64,000 nt of DNA from a bacterium (GTDB taxonomy: Bacteria; Hinthialibacterota; Hinthialibacteria; Hinthialibacterales; Hinthialibacteraceae), in assembly GCA_963662285.2 (NCBI GenBank), contig CAXXMV010000003.1, positions 256,001 through 320,000 of the forward strand, read 5' to 3'. This document shows positions 18,432 through 27,615 of this stretch, piece after piece. The notes below the pieces were generated by a model. It did no database searches, was not told the origin of the DNA, and saw only the letters and a list, made by a program, of their open reading frames with translations. A program made the position numbers and the translations under genes. Every line of letters starts with the position of its first letter. Positions within the stretch are counted from its first letter, which is position 1.

Positions 18432-19820
18432 ATGATAGATCGTAGACAATTTGTAGGAAGTGGATTATTAGGCCTTAGCGCATTGGGCGCTACAAACCTA
18501 AGCGCCACCGAATCATCCAAGACGTACAGAGAACATGAACGATTGATCCCGGTTGTCGAAGATGCGGATGTCATTGTATGCGGCGGCGGTCCGGCTGGAG
18601 TCGCAGCGGCATTGGCCGCAGCGCGAACCGGCGCATCAGTTCGCTTGATCGAAGTTAATGGATGCCTTGGGGGAATTTGGACAGCGGGATTGCTATGTTG
18701 GATTCTGGATACTAAAGACAAACCGGGAATTCTTGTGGAGATTATGGACGAACTTACCCGGCGCGGGGCTGGTTATCAGAACGGAACATCTACGCTTCCT
18801 TATGCGTATGATCCCGAAATTATGAAACTGATTTTGGAAGAACTTTGCATGGAAGCAGGAATAAATATACGTTTGCATACCCGCCTGGTCGACGCTGGAT
18901 TGGATGAAAACAAGCGCTTAAAGATTGCTGTCACTGAATCTAAATCAGGCCGCGAGGCCTGGCGGGGAAAGGTCTTTATAGATGCAACCGGAGATGGTGA
19001 CCTGGCTGCGCGGGCAGGCTGCAAATTCGATATGGGGCGGGAAGAAGATGGACATATGCAACCCTTCACTATGTTCGCTATGATCACCGGCGTGGACTAT
19101 GAAAATTTCAAAGAATTTGTTCGCGGTAAAGAAAAAGATCCTAGCGCAACCAAGCAACGCTTGTTTGATGAAATCAAACAAGGCGGACTATCGGTCTCTT
19201 ATCGAAAACCTGTCCTTTTTCGGATTTACGATGACCTCTATTGCCTGGGAATCAACCATGAATACGGATATTCCGGCATCGACGCCAATGATGTCACTCA
19301 AGCAACATTACATGCGCGAAAGGAAATTCACCAAGCCGTAAATGCTCTACGTTCGTTACAAGGGCGTTGGAAAAACTTGAAAGTGGTTGCAACGAATGAG
19401 CAAATCGGGATTCGAGAGGCTAGGCGCATACACGGTCATTATACGGTTTCGAGCAACGATCTACTTAATGGCGTCAGTCAAAAAGATTCCGTTTGCAAGG
19501 TGTATTTTGGAGTCGATGTCCACCCTCCGAAATTCAATGAGGGGAAAAATGCTTCATTCAATCTTGGCATCAAAAGCAAACCTTATGATATTCCACTACG
19601 AGCGCTGATTGCACGCGATGTGGATGGCTTGTTAACTGCAGGGCGATGCATCAGCGGTGATTTTATTGCACACTCCAGTTATCGAGTCACCGGAAATTCA
19701 GTAGCGCTGGGTCAGGCCGCAGGAGTAACAGCGGCGCTTGCCGTGCAGAGTGATTTGTTACCGCAGAATATTGCGTGGGAGAAAATTCAAAAAGGCATTG
19801 AAAAACTTAATGCTACTTAA
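18432..19820 (+). CDS. FAD-dependent oxidoreductase with Tat signal
   Basis: DRRQFV; GGGPAG, FIDATGDGDLA, PYDIPLRALI, AGRCISG, GQAAG. Confidence 0.9.
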   Translation: MIDRRQFVGSGLLGLSALGATNLSATESSKTYREHERLIPVVEDADVIVCGGGPAGVAAALAAARTGASVRLIEVNGCLGGIWTAGLLCWILDTKDKPGILVEIMDELTRRGAGYQNGTSTLPYAYDPEIMKLILEELCMEAGINIRLHTRLVDAGLDENKRLKIAVTESKSGREAWRGKVFIDATGDGDLAARAGCKFDMGREEDGHMQPFTMFAMITGVDYENFKEFVRGKEKDPSATKQRLFDEIKQGGLSVSYRKPVLFRIYDDLYCLGINHEYGYSGIDANDVTQATLHARKEIHQAVNALRSLQGRWKNLKVVATNEQIGIREARRIHGHYTVSSNDLLNGVSQKDSVCKVYFGVDVHPPKFNEGKNASFNLGIKSKPYDIPLRALIARDVDGLLTAGRCISGDFIAHSSYRVTGNSVALGQAAGVTAALAVQSDLLPQNIAWEKIQKGIEKLNAT

Positions 19821-19824
19821 CTCC

Positions 19825-19889
19825 GTAGGGTGGGTCGCGTTTTATGACCCACCGAATCAATCACTTTAAGTTGTTTTCAGTAGCCCACC
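19825..19889 (+). repeat. GTAG-type REP plus partial second copy
   Basis: gtagggtgggtcgcgttttatgacccacc...gtagcccacc. Confidence 0.78.
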
Positions 19890-19894
19890 ATTTA

Positions 19895-20308
19895 CTATAT
19901 TGTTACTTTGGCTGTAACAACGTTATTCGGTTGAAATATAATCTTGCCTTTATATGGCATAATAGATTCAATATAAACATTAAGATCGATTTTGGAATCT
20001 TCAGGATTCTGATCATAATCAATATGTATGCTACATTCACCAACAAAGTTTGCATGAAAAGATTTTGTTTTGCCATTCTTTAAGAGTTTGATCTGGTATA
20101 TGGTTTCATGGTTTGAACCAAGAAATATTTGTATGTTCTCAATATCTTGTCCTGAATTATTCTCTACAGTGATACGGCACTTGTGGAGAAAACTGAACAT
20201 GTAAATCAGAAGAAATATCAATAGCCCGATAGATGCTATTATTAAAATCTGTCTCCATCCTCGATGAAGAAAATTGAAGATTAAAGCCAAAGTCGGGAAA
20301 TGTTTCAT
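19895..20308 (-). CDS. AT-rich hypothetical membrane-anchored protein
   Basis: Within ORF 19895-20344; RBS aagga before MKHF; one transmembrane segment and a small beta-rich domain. Confidence 0.55.
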   Translation of the reverse strand: MKHFPTLALIFNFLHRGWRQILIIASIGLLIFLLIYMFSFLHKCRITVENNSGQDIENIQIFLGSNHETIYQIKLLKNGKTKSFHANFVGECSIHIDYDQNPEDSKIDLNVYIESIMPYKGKIIFQPNNVVTAKVTI

Positions 20309-20344
20309 AGAGTATTCCTTTTTATTAGATACATGAGATAACAA

Positions 20345-20427
20345 GGTGGGCTACGCCGCTTCGCGGCTTTTAGCCCACCCTACTTTATAGTTTAATCCCG
20401 TAGGGTTGGTCGCGTATTATGACCCAC
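20345..20427. repeat. Divergent pair of GTAG-type REPs
   Basis: 20345-20383 (reverse complement gtagggtgggctaaaagccgcgaagcggcgtagcccacc) and 20400-20427 gtagggttggtcgcgtattatgacccac. Confidence 0.8.
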
Positions 20428-20445
20428 TGAATCAACCTAATATCA

Positions 20446-22692
20446 TCAATGAATCATAAAATCACGAACGCCTGTTTTTTCCAAATGTTCAGGTGAATAA
20501 GATCGAAAACGTAAGGTTATGGAATGCTCGCCGGGTTGCGCATGGATGCGTAAAAAATCTTTAGCGTGGGGAGTTGGGATGTCCATTCCACTTTGAATGC
20601 TTTCTTCCCAGTTAACAACGGCGATTTCATCGAAATATGCGTATGCTTCACCATTAAGCGGTGGATCATGCCGCATAAAAATTCGCGTCGCGCGTGGATT
20701 GGCGGTTGAGTCTTCCAGGCCTTCGATATCATCCGGCATATGCATATCAGCCCATACCGGCGTCCATTCAAAATCACCGCCGGGATGCAATACCAGAGTT
20801 TCGGCGCCGTAATCCGCATCGCCGCTGCTGGCGTAGTAACGCGCGTATATCTCTATATTTCCAGCATTAACGCCTTTCATGTAACCATATAAAGATAATT
20901 TCTTGTTGGGATTACCTTCGGAGTCCCCCATAACCCGGATGCGGTTTCGGAATGGCATGAATGATGGGTCGCTGTTGTTCATATCCCGGTTACTGCACAG
21001 TGATGAGATTCCACGATATGAATCGGTGATCGTTACAAATCGGGAAATCCCCGATATATCCCATCGTTCCGCTTCAAATGACATGTCGTCGATGTCCCAA
21101 TCATCAAAATCTCCGAAATGAAGAATATCGCGTCCTAATTGAATCGTTGCGGACGGCGCATTGATATCAAATCCAGCGAGAGATTCATATTTCATGTTCC
21201 ATTCACGCAAATCGATGATAATTTCACCTGATTCAGGGACGCTGATTGTAAGATCAACCGTTCGGTCATCAGCGATTACATCTTTATTTTCCAGTGCAAT
21301 CCAGACTTGATTTTGATAGGGATACACTTGCAGGCCGTACCCATGTGAAAATTCACAGATGTGACGTAGAAAAACATCAGCCAACTGACCTGTGATGGGA
21401 CGCGGACGGTAATCCTCCAAATATATGGGAATTAAACGAATTTTCTGTACTTGGTCTCCATTCATATCCACACTTGCCAGTAAACCCAGCATGGTTTCCA
21501 ACCTATCCTGATCAAACGCGAAATTGCCCAGGCTATGAACGGTGATAATCCCATTGATAAGGCCAATGCCTTGCGCAACGTGAGGGTGATGACCAATCAC
21601 TAATGATGCGCCATTCTCTGCGACCAATTCCATACGTCCATAGGTATAATCTGTGGGTTGGTAGGTGTATTCCTGACCTCCATGCAATTGCGCTATGGGG
21701 ATGTATCCGGCGTCGATTTCACGCTGGATGGATGCGATAACCTCATCATCAAGGGTTAAGTCAGCGGCGCCGCCTTTTTGAGTTTCGGCGACATAGGAAA
21801 CAGGATGTTGCCGGCCCGTCACCGAGGTCATGGAGAGTAAGCCGAATAGCGATCCCCCAAGTGTTACGCGGTAAGCCTGAAAGGCTTCTTCGGATGTCAG
21901 CCCGGCGCCGCTATGCGGAATTCCTGATTCGTTTAGTGATTGGATGGTGTCAATAATGCCTGATTCTAAATAATCGTAGACATGATTGTTGCCCAGCGAG
22001 ACGTAATCGACGCCCAGCCACAACAAGGAGGGCAGTGAAGCAGGTAGACTGAAATACGCATAATCCTTTTGCATATGGGGAGTGATGGGATTATCAGTCA
22101 CAGGCGTTTCAAGATTTACGACTCCCCAATCCGCCGCTTGATAATAAGGTCGGATATACTCAAATAGACTCCGGCTTCCCGGATCAGGATTGGATGTCTT
22201 AATCAACGCATCGGGGTCATCAGGGGGAATCTGATCCAATGGCGTTGATTCATCGGCGTCGAGGAATCGGCGGGCGAATGAAGCATCGCCAGCGAAGAGA
22301 AAACGTACATCGCCTGTTTCCCGCATAGAAAGATAGATTGGATCAAGGGCGATGGTTTCTATATTGATATCTTGTGCGAGATGCACCGGTATAATCTCGT
22401 TATGATATCCAGTGATCGATACCGAAAGAAGGTCGTTTTTTCGCGAAAGCCCTTGGAATTCGAAGGCGCCTTGAGCATCGGCGTATTGCGTAGCCCCGGC
22501 AATAGAGACGGCCGCATTTTCCAACGGATCGCCATACAGATTTAGGACAGTACCGATGAGGCTGACCGGATGAACCAGAAATTCATCACGGGCGGATAAC
22601 TCCCAATTTGGGGGATCTTCAGCATATAATTGGTTTATGGGCATCAATTGCATAAAACAAAACGCCAAAAGATAGAGGTAAGAAAATTTCAT
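20446..22692 (-). CDS. Secreted CapA/PGA_cap-family metallophosphatase-fold protein with extra domains
   Basis: Signal peptide; FAGD, NLETP, SLGNNHVYD, HGGQEY, IGHHPHVAQ, SLGNFAFDQ. Confidence 0.85.
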   Translation of the reverse strand: MKFSYLYLLAFCFMQLMPINQLYAEDPPNWELSARDEFLVHPVSLIGTVLNLYGDPLENAAVSIAGATQYADAQGAFEFQGLSRKNDLLSVSITGYHNEIIPVHLAQDINIETIALDPIYLSMRETGDVRFLFAGDASFARRFLDADESTPLDQIPPDDPDALIKTSNPDPGSRSLFEYIRPYYQAADWGVVNLETPVTDNPITPHMQKDYAYFSLPASLPSLLWLGVDYVSLGNNHVYDYLESGIIDTIQSLNESGIPHSGAGLTSEEAFQAYRVTLGGSLFGLLSMTSVTGRQHPVSYVAETQKGGAADLTLDDEVIASIQREIDAGYIPIAQLHGGQEYTYQPTDYTYGRMELVAENGASLVIGHHPHVAQGIGLINGIITVHSLGNFAFDQDRLETMLGLLASVDMNGDQVQKIRLIPIYLEDYRPRPITGQLADVFLRHICEFSHGYGLQVYPYQNQVWIALENKDVIADDRTVDLTISVPESGEIIIDLREWNMKYESLAGFDINAPSATIQLGRDILHFGDFDDWDIDDMSFEAERWDISGISRFVTITDSYRGISSLCSNRDMNNSDPSFMPFRNRIRVMGDSEGNPNKKLSLYGYMKGVNAGNIEIYARYYASSGDADYGAETLVLHPGGDFEWTPVWADMHMPDDIEGLEDSTANPRATRIFMRHDPPLNGEAYAYFDEIAVVNWEESIQSGMDIPTPHAKDFLRIHAQPGEHSITLRFRSYSPEHLEKTGVRDFMIH

Positions 22693-22694
22693 GA

Positions 22695-23342
22695 TTAATT
22701 TGTTTTTTCATCCTTCTGCTTCTCACCCCAAAGTTTTCTAAGCCGCTGGTCTCTACCGCAATTATAGCGGTAAGACCGATATCTTAGTGGATTCTTTTTG
22801 TAGTAATCCTGATGATATTCTTCCGCTTTATAGAATTCTCCGGCCTTTAGGATTTTGGTGACGACTGGTTTTTTCAGTTGTCCTGATTTTACGAGTTTAT
22901 CTTTGGATTGCTCTGCCAACTCTTTTTGCTCGTCGTTTAGATAAAAAATGGCGGTTGAGTATTCATGTCCCCGGTCGCAAAATTGCCCTTTGGCGTCTGT
23001 CGGATCAATGCACCGCCAAAATATATCCAGCAGTTTACTATATGAAATAACTGATGGATCATAAATGATCTGAACTACTTCTATATGCCCTGAACGGCCA
23101 TAGTTCTGGTAGGTTGGATTCTTATCTTTCCCCCCGGCGTAACCGGAAATCACCTCTTTAATTCCAGCAATTTTCTCTAAATCTGATTCCATGCACCAGA
23201 AACAGCCGCCCGCAACAATGGCTTTTTCAAGACTGGCTTTTTCGAGGTAGGTTTTTGGCGAACTCTGTTGGGCGAATGAATCCGTTGATAAAAACTGTCC
23301 GAATAAAAATATTGAGATAATGAACAATGAAATTTTTCTCAT
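22695..23342 (-). CDS. msrA: Peptide-methionine (S)-S-oxide reductase with signal peptide
   Basis: AGGCFWCME, GYAGG, GQFCDRG, AEEYHQDYY. Confidence 0.95.
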   Translation of the reverse strand: MRKISLFIISIFLFGQFLSTDSFAQQSSPKTYLEKASLEKAIVAGGCFWCMESDLEKIAGIKEVISGYAGGKDKNPTYQNYGRSGHIEVVQIIYDPSVISYSKLLDIFWRCIDPTDAKGQFCDRGHEYSTAIFYLNDEQKELAEQSKDKLVKSGQLKKPVVTKILKAGEFYKAEEYHQDYYKKNPLRYRSYRYNCGRDQRLRKLWGEKQKDEKTN

Positions 23343-23460
23343 GATAGATCACCTTTCAGATAGGCTGTATTACAATAAACATAGCATCTTTTATTGGTTA
23401 TGTAGTTATCTAAGTTTTCCGATCATGTTGTTCAATGATTATGGTGAAAAGTCTGATTAA

Positions 23461-23494
23461 GTGGGTTACATGACTTGCGTCATAGCAGCCCATC
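23461..23494. repeat. Degenerate REP-like hairpin
   Basis: gtgggttacatgacttgcgtcatagcagcccatc. Confidence 0.4.
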
Positions 23495-23500
23495 AGAATT

Positions 23501-23836
23501 CTAGGGCGTCGAATCATTCTTATCTGGATTATAAAGTTTTAATTTGGAAGGTTTTATGGAAAAGTATGTTGCAAAGAAGAGCGCTAGCATGAAAATATTG
23601 GATATCTTGAAATCTACAAAAAACAATGAAATAAGCATTAAACCCAGGTTGACTCTAAACAGATTAATAAAAATATGATGAAAATTTCTGGTTATCCAAG
23701 TCGGTATGTATTCCCGGTCAAGAAAAGAAAAATAGGTTCTTACTAAAGTTTCTAAGAATATCCATATGATAACCAGGAAATAGCAGGATAATAATAGTAA
23801 TACCGGACTCAAAGCTAAAAACTCTAGAAATGTCAT
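23501..23836 (-). CDS. Small hypothetical membrane protein
   Basis: Hydrophobic 111-aa ORF with RBS aagga. Confidence 0.5.
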   Translation of the reverse strand: MTFLEFLALSPVLLLLSCYFLVIIWIFLETLVRTYFSFLDREYIPTWITRNFHHIFINLFRVNLGLMLISLFFVDFKISNIFMLALFFATYFSIKPSKLKLYNPDKNDSTP

Positions 23837-23919
23837 TAGATATTTCCTTTTTAGAAATGGTTGTTTTTATAATTACATATCTTATCATCATAATATAGAT
23901 TAATGTATATATATTGCGA

Positions 23920-26709
23920 TTATGGAATATTATATTTAGCAATTAGGCGTAGATTGTTGATTCCTGCTTGAGCAAGGTTCGGGTAGAGATTCAGATTTTT
24001 CAGATCCGGGGAGATGGCTGATAAGGAATATCTTTCATTATGTTTCATTCCCCAAAACCAAAAATAGCCGTGTTGGTCTGTCTTACCTATGCTAATGATT
24101 TGATTCGCCTTGTTTTTCACAGTTATTTGAACGCCGGGTAGAGGCGCTTGATCTTCTTGAATAAGTTGTCCTGACATGTTGGTTGCAGGAACCAATATTA
24201 AATCCTTTTCCACTACTTTATGAATTGACGAGATAGCTAAGGTGTAATTCAAATCACAGAATTCAGTTGTGGACCGTTTTCCCATGTGAGGAGTATCGAT
24301 TACATGAATTCCCGGTTTTACTGAAATTGTTACTCTTCCCGGTTCGAGATTGGTGATTTGGTATTCACCGTGATCGAGTATTTGAGTTGGAACAGATTCA
24401 TTATTCTGCATTGCCTGGAGTTGGATGCCATCGAGTTTTGTATAATCCTCACAAATGATTTTCCCTTTGATCATATAATCATTAGTTGATTCACGGATAA
24501 TGATGTTTACGTTATCCAGTTTTTCACCATTTTTGAATGAGATAGTCTCAATGCCCTTGGCGGTATACTTTGATTTTTTTAGAACAAACGGATTCAACAT
24601 AGAAAGATTATCATTCTCAGAGGTTTCGTTGATCATTGCTGTGATTCTGGCTGTGTAAGCAATTTTAGCGGAATTGGCGTATAGAGAGATTTTATAATGG
24701 CCTTGGGCGTCAGATAAAACCGGATTCTCTATAAACCGTACGTTTTTACATGCAATCCTCACTACTGAATTTTCTATTGGACTGTTATTCAAGCTGACAA
24801 TGCCGGAAATGGTTACCGGATTTCTATATACGACCGAATATTGCAGATTAACGATATCTGCGTCACGCACTTCCACTTTCATTTCATCCAAGGGGATAGA
24901 CCGGAAAATTTGATTATCTTGATCACCAATCATGCCGCCAGCAATTGTATGGCTGGGGATTTGACTAATAGTTCTTGAACTTGAAGAACTATGACCAAAC
25001 CGGCTTTGCGCAACAGAAGTGATAACAGGCGTTGGTTTGGGTATTGGTATCTTAACATTGGGCGCGGGGATTACGCCGCAATCGTTTTCGTTGTCAATAA
25101 TGGGAATAAGAATGTATTCACCAGATGGAACGTTTCGGAAAACAAAGGCGCCTTGAGAATCTGATTTGGCAACGCTATGCTCGCCCATCCGGTCAGAGGT
25201 TCTAAACAATTGTAAGTTAAAACCTTCGATTAGATCATGCGTTTTAATCTCTTTAACTTTTCCCGAAATTGTATATCCAGATGATTTGAAAAGCGCTAAT
25301 AACTGGCGCCTGGGTTCGTTGATTAAGATATCATTTCGATAAATATCCTCTTCACGGGCATCTGGCGGTTTAACCTCTAAAAGATATTGCCCGAAAGGAA
25401 CGTATTCAAAAGTTATTTTGCCGAATTCATCTGTTTTACCCGATTGTATATTCGATTCCAGGTTTGGTTGCTTAGGAAACAGCCGCACTGCGGCGTTTTT
25501 AATACCTGCGAACTGAAAAGGAAGTCCTGCCAGCCTTGCTCTTATAGTAACGTTGCTAAACCAACGTGAGAGGTAGATTTTTTCACCTCCCTTGGCGGGA
25601 TGAAGAAATGCAATGGTTGAACTAACTTCATCACCGATGGCTTGAGCGAAATATGATCCCGCTGGAAGGTTTTCGAAGAGGCACGAACCATCAGCGCCGG
25701 TTTCACGTTCTTGATATACCTCACCGATGGGATACTCATGTAATTTCGGCAAGTGAACAAAGAGATGTTGATTTTCTCTTTGGATGTCTAAAAAATCGTG
25801 CTCTTCGGTTGATCCAGTTGGATTTGAATAATAGGCCAACAATGCATCGTAGATACGCAACCGCGCCGAATTACAGTTGGTTTGTTTTTGGATAAATGAC
25901 ATCGGATTATCAAGCAACGGGGCGCTTTCATCCCACATAAGGCCGGAAATTCCGATAATCTGATCGTTGGTGAATAAATCACTCCACCCGCTGCTATAAA
26001 CAGGATGAAATGATTGCGGTCCATAGGGAGCGTGGTTTACTTGGATGCGATTTCCATCGAATCGCAGATTTCCCTGCAATGATACATCACCCCGTGCTAT
26101 GTAGGAAAGATTAAAACTATCCGGCAAAGGGCGAATGACTCCAGTACCTTTGCGCAATACCACTCGAACGTTAGGAGCGGGCGTTTTGAATTCCTTATCC
26201 CAATAGACTTGAATCTTGAATTTAGACTGGTATTCCAGGCATATTCTAATAGCTGTATCATTATTGGGATCAATTGGCGCATCCGCTTTTTGGTAGCCGT
26301 CGCTTACGACTGATGCCTGAACGATGCCAGGGGGAATACCGGGAACTGTTAGAGAGCCGTTTTGAAATGAGTAATGCTTCGTACCTAATATAACTACTCC
26401 AGAATCAATCGGTTGGTTCAATGCATCGACAATTTCAAAGGTTAGGGGGCGTGAATTTTCCGGAGTAATTCCTGATTTTTCGATTGGCGCTGCTTTTGTG
26501 GGAATCGGAGAAGGGATGGCAGCAATCTTCTCGTCGGGTGTGGTAAATACAGCGTTTTTTTGCTCTTTGGATTTCAAAAGAAGGGAAGAGTCAACAGGAG
26601 GATTGGAGCGATATTCCTGTCGCTGATCCAGAGTCATCATGCAGAACAGAACAATTCCAATTGTAATAATCACAACACAGATGCAAGTGAATTTGATGGA
26701 CCGGTTCAT
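23920..26709 (-). CDS. Large membrane-anchored protein with repeated carboxypeptidase-regulatory-like domains
   Basis: Repeated TD..G.F.F..(L/V)P.G.Y motifs; N-terminal transmembrane segment. Confidence 0.75.
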   Translation of the reverse strand: MNRSIKFTCICVVIITIGIVLFCMMTLDQRQEYRSNPPVDSSLLLKSKEQKNAVFTTPDEKIAAIPSPIPTKAAPIEKSGITPENSRPLTFEIVDALNQPIDSGVVILGTKHYSFQNGSLTVPGIPPGIVQASVVSDGYQKADAPIDPNNDTAIRICLEYQSKFKIQVYWDKEFKTPAPNVRVVLRKGTGVIRPLPDSFNLSYIARGDVSLQGNLRFDGNRIQVNHAPYGPQSFHPVYSSGWSDLFTNDQIIGISGLMWDESAPLLDNPMSFIQKQTNCNSARLRIYDALLAYYSNPTGSTEEHDFLDIQRENQHLFVHLPKLHEYPIGEVYQERETGADGSCLFENLPAGSYFAQAIGDEVSSTIAFLHPAKGGEKIYLSRWFSNVTIRARLAGLPFQFAGIKNAAVRLFPKQPNLESNIQSGKTDEFGKITFEYVPFGQYLLEVKPPDAREEDIYRNDILINEPRRQLLALFKSSGYTISGKVKEIKTHDLIEGFNLQLFRTSDRMGEHSVAKSDSQGAFVFRNVPSGEYILIPIIDNENDCGVIPAPNVKIPIPKPTPVITSVAQSRFGHSSSSSRTISQIPSHTIAGGMIGDQDNQIFRSIPLDEMKVEVRDADIVNLQYSVVYRNPVTISGIVSLNNSPIENSVVRIACKNVRFIENPVLSDAQGHYKISLYANSAKIAYTARITAMINETSENDNLSMLNPFVLKKSKYTAKGIETISFKNGEKLDNVNIIIRESTNDYMIKGKIICEDYTKLDGIQLQAMQNNESVPTQILDHGEYQITNLEPGRVTISVKPGIHVIDTPHMGKRSTTEFCDLNYTLAISSIHKVVEKDLILVPATNMSGQLIQEDQAPLPGVQITVKNKANQIISIGKTDQHGYFWFWGMKHNERYSLSAISPDLKNLNLYPNLAQAGINNLRLIAKYNIP

Positions 26710-26915
26710 TCAATGCTCCTTATGTATAAGATAAACAAAGAATCATTATTTGTATAATATAACGAATAAAAGATAAAGTCAGAATATAGTGATAAATGTA
26801 TTAATGAATATACAATATATTTTTAAACACACTTTTAGTGCGTTGAAATATTTTAACAGTTCAAACACAAACTTAGCGCTTTTGAAACGCTGGATTTATT
26901 TAAGAATCTTAATGC

Positions 26916-27284
26916 TTATACAGATTTCTTTTTGCGCCAGAACGATCCTAATTGTTTCCGGCTTTTGTTTTGAGCCATTAATGACGAATTGGCTTTATCG
27001 TTTGGGATATTATTAAAACTGGATTGATTGTTGTTTACCGGATTTCGGGTGTTTTGGTTTTCTTTCTGGCTGGAATTTTGTTTTTCTAAGGCTTGGAGAT
27101 ATTTATTGACTATTTGGTTTTGGATTCTGGATGCTGTACAGAATAAACGGAATAGTGCGTTGGATTCGGGTGAGTCTGGATCATAACGCTTTTTTAGATT
27201 CTCTGAAATCTTAATGATGCAATGGCAGAAAGTATCAATGACATCTTCGTTGAATTTGGATATGGCTTCGGCTGTGATAGACAT
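26916..27284 (-). CDS. Hypothetical protein
   Basis: 122-aa ORF with RBS aggag and an upstream sigma54-like promoter. Confidence 0.6.
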   Translation of the reverse strand: MSITAEAISKFNEDVIDTFCHCIIKISENLKKRYDPDSPESNALFRLFCTASRIQNQIVNKYLQALEKQNSSQKENQNTRNPVNNNQSSFNNIPNDKANSSLMAQNKSRKQLGSFWRKKKSV

Positions 27285-27333
27285 TGGGGTTCTCCTGTTT
27301 ATAGTTTTTGTTATTGCATTGAAACGTAATATG

Positions 27334-27349
27334 GCAAGATGTATGCCAA
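27334..27349 (-). promoter_or_regulatory. Sigma54 (-24/-12) promoter
   Basis: Minus strand TTGGCATACATCTTGC (GG-N10-GC), ~50 nt upstream of ATG 27284. Confidence 0.65.
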
Positions 27350-27532
27350 TTCGAGGATTTTTGTTTTGAAATAAGTGATTTTAGATGACTGCCATTTCAT
27401 GGATGAAACTGTACTGATAATATAAGTAATAATAATTTGAGGGCGTTAGAGCGATTCTAAATATTAGGTGCATTAAAAGAAGGAACGTTAAAAAAATCCA
27501 GCGCTTTCATTGCTCATATAGTTTTGTGAACC

Positions 27533-27548
27533 GCGATAACGTTATCGC
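27533..27548. promoter_or_regulatory. Perfect 16-bp palindrome, candidate LacI-family operator
   Basis: gcgataacgttatcgc upstream of the sugar-enzyme fusion gene. Confidence 0.5.
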
Positions 27549-27615
27549 TAGGGTTTACCAAGTACTATCGAAAATGCTATAACTATACATATTATTTTAC
27601 AGGAAATGAAAAGAG

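Noticed and set aside
15640-20427. Recurring ~30-bp palindromes as a CRISPR array or integron attC sites
   Set aside because: Spacing is irregular, orientations are mixed, there are no constant-length spacers, no cas or intI genes, and no RYYYAAC/GTTRRRY cores; they fit REPs
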